Assembly: GCF_000143415.4 (NCBI RefSeq)
Contig: NW_003314314.1
Span: forward strand, 315,771 to 379,770
Direction of reading: 5' to 3'
DNA length: 64,000 nt
Source of the DNA: Selaginella moellendorffii
Lineage: Eukaryota > Plantae > Lycopodiophyta
Positions within the stretch are counted from its first letter, which is position 1. Each line of letters opens with the position of its first letter. The notes beneath the pieces were generated by a model that was not told the origin of the DNA, searched no databases, and saw only the letters and a list, made by a program, of their open reading frames with translations. A program made the position numbers and the translations under genes. Below, one piece after another: positions 58,901 to 64,000 of this stretch.

Positions 58901-59711
58901 CATCCCCAAAAACAAGGGGCTAAAGTGCATAAAGTTCCTATGGTAATGTACTTATTATATAATTTTTCTCTAATCCAAGCAAAACACTTGACTATAAATC
59001 CTACTTCAAGTTGACATATAACCCACTCAATCTTATAAATTTTTTGTTCTTTGACTTTTACTCAAACATGTTAGTGCTTCAAATACATACTACTATGTAA
59101 ACACTTCTTAAATCCTAAGTAGGGTGACTTTGAGCCTAGAGTGCTACAACTTCATCCATGTTTTGGCCCTTCATCCATATAATCTCTAGCATATTAAATA
59201 TTAGTAATTCTTTCATCTCGTCCACAATTTGGATATGAAGTGTAAAATCACTCACTCATCTTCAAAGGATGTTGTCACCCCTTATCACTATGTCAATTTT
59301 TTTTATTCATGTCTCTCACACAAGTGATTATCCTTGAAAGAAGTAGGAGAAAATATCCTAATGAACAGCTTTCTAAAAGAAATGGAGCAACTCAAAACTC
59401 AACTTGAAGAAATTTTTAGAGGCTTTTGAGGGCTTTTTCAAATTTTGTAAAACTAAGCTAGCTATCATCTTTCCTTGAGTTAACCACTCTACATTGTCCT
59501 AATAAGCAAGTAATGGCCTTTAAGATGAGTTCCATCCACCAACAATGGCTGGCAATTGTTTAAAAACAACTAAATGTTCCATAAGCTTTTATTTGGAAGG
59601 AAACAAATCCTCAAAAGTTTCAGATTGAATTCATTCTTACAGCCTAATCCCAATTACAATATATAATTTTGTATACGCTCACTCTATGATGCAATGGTTT
59701 TGTTCATATAA

Positions 59712-61023
59712 CTAGAGATCAATAAGCTGCTTTAGATTAAATGGAAACATAATTGTTTTGTTCCCACTTAATATAGAAGAGGCTATGAGACGGTTTGCAG
59801 ACTCTGTTGGATGATAAGCATCCCAATAGAAGTATTGGTTTCTCGTAGAACAAACTGATCCTAATGGTAAACAAGCGAATAATCTCAAGGGTGATACTCC
59901 ACAACAAGCATCACGGCCATTCACAAATCCTGTCATACAAATTACAATGAGCAAATGATGAATTTGTGTTAAGCTTACCATATTTTGAAGGGTTGTTTGT
60001 TGCATCGTAAAATAGATCATATGTAGTTCCAAACACCATCTTCGCTCCATTCAAGTCTCGATTCATCCCTGAAACCATATCCTTGAGTGCTCTGTCAAAA
60101 TTCACGGCCAAAGTGTTGGCTTCTTCATGGCAAGCCTTGCCATTTGCTCCCAAAATATTGCCCTCTCTCTTAAATGGAATGCAACCAAGTGGTCCAAGAG
60201 CAAAAACCACTATTTTGCGAGCTCCTAGTTGATAGGCTCTCTGTTGAGAATCAAAATTACACCGTGTAAATCACCGTGTTGAATCAAAATCAAATCAAAT
60301 GAAATGAGTTATTGAGCAAGAAAAGCAATCACTTACATTCAAGTAGCCTTTGTATGCAGAGATTACTTCATCTTGAAATTCTTGCGGAGATTTGCTCCTG
60401 GTGCTGTTCATGTAATTCAAGTAATTGTTGGATCCAAGAGCAAACAAAAATATTGACCGTGACAAAAGATCAAATGCGGGGTCCTCGCCTCCCACAAGCA
60501 AAACGATCTCAGACCTAGTGTTGACGAAATTCTGGATCTGCTGGATCTGGTCAAAGGTCCAAGGATGGATGGTCAACACGCTTCAAAAGCCCAAACTAAA
60601 CACTTTACATTCTGGAGGAAGTTCACGGAGGAATCATTGAGGATTCGAGCGCCGCCTGATGCGTAGCTTACTCCTTTGAGGATCACACTGCCTTTTGTGT
60701 TGGGATCGTGATAAGCAGGGACTAGAGGAAGCCCAAGTTCTTGAGCTGGTGGAAACAAAACAAACTCAGAAAATGTGTAGATCAATTTGCCTTGCTTACC
60801 AATGAGATCCACGACTGTGAATCCATTGCAAAACCTTCCTGTCGCCTTCCCTCCTGGGAAATCGATTCCATTTGGCCGAAATGCTGGTGACGAGGAACTT
60901 GTTGTTTCCGGGATCTGTCAAAGAGTCACCAAAGACGAAGAATGCAGGAACTTGGGCACGCCCAGATCTAAGAACCAAAAAAAAACTCAAAATCGAAGCT
61001 GCTAGAGGAAGAAGACGCATCAT
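59712..61023 (-). pseudogene. GDSL esterase/lipase duplicate, frameshifted
   Basis: Near-identical to 41292-42599, but has an 11-nt deletion in exon 1 (~60885), a 12-nt deletion in exon 3 (PLGK lost) and GSND changed to GSNN. Confidence 0.9.
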
Positions 61024-61884
61024 CACTCTTCTCTTAGTCAAGGTAAAGTGGCGATCTATTCGTTTCTTATTCTCACACGCAGTCAGTCAAAGTCCATTTT
61101 ATGGTCAATTTGGTAGAGCTGGGCAATCCCCCTCATAGTAACACAAGGGAAGAAAATAAAAGCAAGGATGGACCAAGAGCTGCCAATCTTGGCTCCTTCC
61201 AACACTTCATGGAGGACACCATCAACTGCTTTACCAGATGACAAAGTACGTTGAGCGTAGTCTGTCTTATAGTCTCCGCAGCCTCTCTGTGAATCCGAAA
61301 CCCCCAGCTTCAGCTAGATCACCTTCTCGCCATCTTGCTGCCATCTGACACTGGTTTACTTTGCTCCTCGCTGAAGCTGTGCATTATACCGCAACAGTGC
61401 TAATCCCCTGGAGCAAACAAAAGAATTAAAAATGGCTGGGAATAGAAACATGGGTTCTGATTTTTTTATTTGCTTCAATCGCTTTTTGTGTTTGCTCAAT
61501 CACTAATCTACAAGAGCCCTACCACGTCATCAATTGAGCGTTCGGATTAGATCAGACAAGTCCAACTTATAGTCTTTGGACACCAGCCTCCTTCCAGTTT
61601 CTGTGGAGAGCTTTGATCCGAGTTCGCAAGCTGCATCCTGGCCAGTCATCTTCGAGTTTCCTTGCTGCAATCTCGTCTTGATCCCTTCCTAAGCTGCATC
61701 CTGGCTGTGATGGTCGCTAGGCTCATCATCTCTTCTTGAGTTTCACTCAGAGCTGCTCAACTGGCCAGGGATGTTGCTTGCAGTGGCATACATCACAACT
61801 TGCGTACTCTGATTGAAGACAAAGCTCTCCAGCAAAGAGCAGTGATTCTTGAGCAGTTCCTTATTTAAGTTTGGCATAATAAAC

Positions 61885-62300
61885 TAGATATATCTAGAAT
61901 ATTCTTGAATATTTTAAAATATTCTACCATTTAACGGTTGTTATTCATTTAGGTTAATCCAGTATTTATAATTTACAAACATATTTATAGTTTATAAACT
62001 TTCTAAAACACTTTCTAGTATATTCTTTTTTATTCTACCATCTATTTCTTTGCAATGTCTGAACCTATTTAATAATAAATTGCTACGCATTGAATATAGC
62101 AACACTTGGTTTGCTTATTAGTAGTTTTATTATTACTTATTAATCTAATTGATCAAATAAAGTATATAATTATAAGTTTAAGAAAGTTTATAAATTTTAA
62201 ACATGTTTATAAATTATAAATACAAGATTAATCTAAATAAATAATAACTGTTAGATGGTAGAATATCCTAGAATACCCAAGCATATTCTAAGTATATTTA
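61885..62300. mobile_element. Foldback/MITE-like element with ~120-bp imperfect inverted arms
   Basis: 61885-62004 is the approximate reverse complement of 62181-62300 (attctaccatttaacggttgttatt vs aataataactgttagatggtagaat). Confidence 0.75.
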
Positions 62301-62469
62301 CTACCAACAACCAAAAATATTGCCAACAGTTTTCTTTGTTTTGTCTTTAAGATGCTTGATCTTCCTGCTCAAACTTTGCTACTTTGATCTGGATCCACCA
62401 ATACAGGGAGCCAAGGGAGCCATTACCGTTGACAAGAATATTTTAAGAATATTCTAGCACACTAAGAAT

Positions 62470-63055
62470 GTTTAAGTTTTAGATCAAGAACAGAAGAACT
62501 TGAATAGTGATCTTTGATTTTTTAGTTTCATTCATTTCATTTTATTTGCAAGATACAGAAAAGCGACAGCCTTTGAAGACTTGCATGATGTTAATATGCC
62601 TTAAATTTCTGGTCTTCTGCTGCCTCTCCCGGTGCTTCCATGGCTGGGCCGTACTCAATGGATTTGGTGATGGCGGTGGTGCAGTCAGGCACTCGGCAGG
62701 CATCGCACTGCAAAGAGAGATCACGTTAGAGCAAGAATTCAGGAGCTAATATATGCACCTCCAGTTGTTCCATATGTTATAGAGCCATTTGACTGCAGAA
62801 AGAAAGAAGACTCACTCACTTTTGAGACAAATATTAAGCACTGAGTTAACGCCTACTGAAGACTGTCAAGCCAAAGTTATGGTTCATAAGCGGATCAAAA
62901 GGCCTTAGTGCTCCCATTGTATGGAAACAGACTTGACACGAACGAAAGCTTCAAATCGTGAACGCGTTTTTAATGAAAAAAAAAAAAAAAAAACGAAGAG
63001 AGAACTTTGTTTGATCAGCATGGCAACTTCCATCGCAAAGTCAAACTTGCAAACC
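62470..63055 (+). repeat. Repeat module, inverted partner of 38900-39507
   Basis: See 38900-39507. Confidence 0.9.
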
Positions 63056-63457
63056 TATCTTTCACGCAAGCCTCGGATGCTTGCAGAGATTTTATAGGAT
63101 CCAAGAACAGCCGAGGATCTAATAGTAACAAAACCGCTGTGAAACAAATTCCGGGATTTGTCTAGCTCTCCATTAGCAATGGCAAGCTCCGCCTGCCAAA
63201 ACCAAAGAAAGATACAAGAATAACTGCATTGGAACCTTTGGTATGGTCCCATCACGCTTTTCCAAATCCAAACTACATGAGAAAGTAACATAATGTTTTG
63301 ATATGAGTATGGTAGTCGTCGCGTGATCACTTATCGCGGCCACTGCCGATCCATATATCCAGAGCTTCCTTCACATTTGCAAGTTTCTATAATAAGGGTA
63401 GAAAGAAATTGGATGGTCATCGTAGTCTCTTTCCTGTTCGAAGAACGGTTTAAATTA

Positions 63458-63529
63458 AGGTCCCACCGAGATTCGAACTCGGGCTCTTGGATTCAAAGTC
63501 CAATGTCGTAACCACTAGACTATGGAACC
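63458..63529 (-). tRNA. tRNA-Gln(TTG)
   Basis: GGTTCCATAGTCTAGTGGTTACGACATTGGACTTTGAATCCAAGAGCCCGAGTTCGAATCTCGGTGGGACCT (72 nt). All stems pair. Anticodon at 63494-63496. Confidence 0.93.
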
Positions 63530-63835
63530 ATTTCTGTTGAGTTAATCGATCGTTACTATGGCTTTAAAAAATATTTACAAACCAAAACCATCGACAAAGT
63601 TGAAGGGAAAATTAAAAAAATTCCGCGACCGTGGTCTGGTCAACGGTACCCACGCGAGATCAGCCCCATGGATGAACATTCGTTTCCGCTAATTACGTTT
63701 GAAAAGATGGCGCAGGACAAAAGAGAGGAATATTCATTAAATTGGACTTCTCATACTTGGCATCTAGCATTGAGCATCTTGACGGTGTTTACAAAACCAG
63801 CGATCTCCTACTAATGCATAAGTGATTTTATAGCT

Positions 63836-64000
63836 ATGGCAGAAGATTTTAGCATTCCTCTCATTGATCTCGCTCCTTTGCACCAGGCGGGAAACGCTCC
63901 CAGAGTCGAAGTTCTAGAGAAAATCTCCAAGGCCTGCGAGGAATGGGGATTCTTCCAGGTGATCAACCATGACCTGGATTTGAAGCTCTTGTCTTCTCTC
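63836..64000 (+). CDS. 2-oxoglutarate/Fe(II) dioxygenase (DIOX_N domain), 5' part only, runs off the window
   Basis: MAEDFSIPLIDLAPLH...KISKACEEWGFFQVINH, the canonical plant DOXC N-terminal signature. Confidence 0.9.
   Translation, partial: MAEDFSIPLIDLAPLHQAGNAPRVEVLEKISKACEEWGFFQVINHDLDLKLLSSL

Overview
Eukaryotic land-plant genomic DNA. Very short GT-AG introns (48-77 nt) and the gene content suggest a compact lycophyte genome such as Selaginella; this is an inference and was not tested. The left half (1-32.7 kb) is mostly nested, decayed LTR retroelements: 5S-rRNA-carrying Cassandra TRIMs, an internally deleted Ty3/gypsy element with an intact TSD, and a full-length chromovirus carrying a nested TRIM. 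It also holds one copy of an unknown 3-exon coiled-coil gene family ('MARTEQ...'). The right half contains an intact polyphenol oxidase, a P450 remnant, PPR fragments, an intact GDSL esterase/lipase plus a frameshifted duplicate, two more MARTEQ copies (one full, one 5' stub), an intron-containing tRNA-Met, a 92-aa HMA-domain gene with a poly-Cys tail, tRNA-Gln and the start of a 2-oxoglutarate dioxygenase. The main candidates for something undescribed are (i) the MARTEQ family, which has a conserved unknown domain, a hypervariable coiled coil and shuffled downstream gene-fragment modules, and (ii) the poly-Cys HMA protein. There are two assembly gaps. All alignments and counts were done by eye, and no database searches were run.
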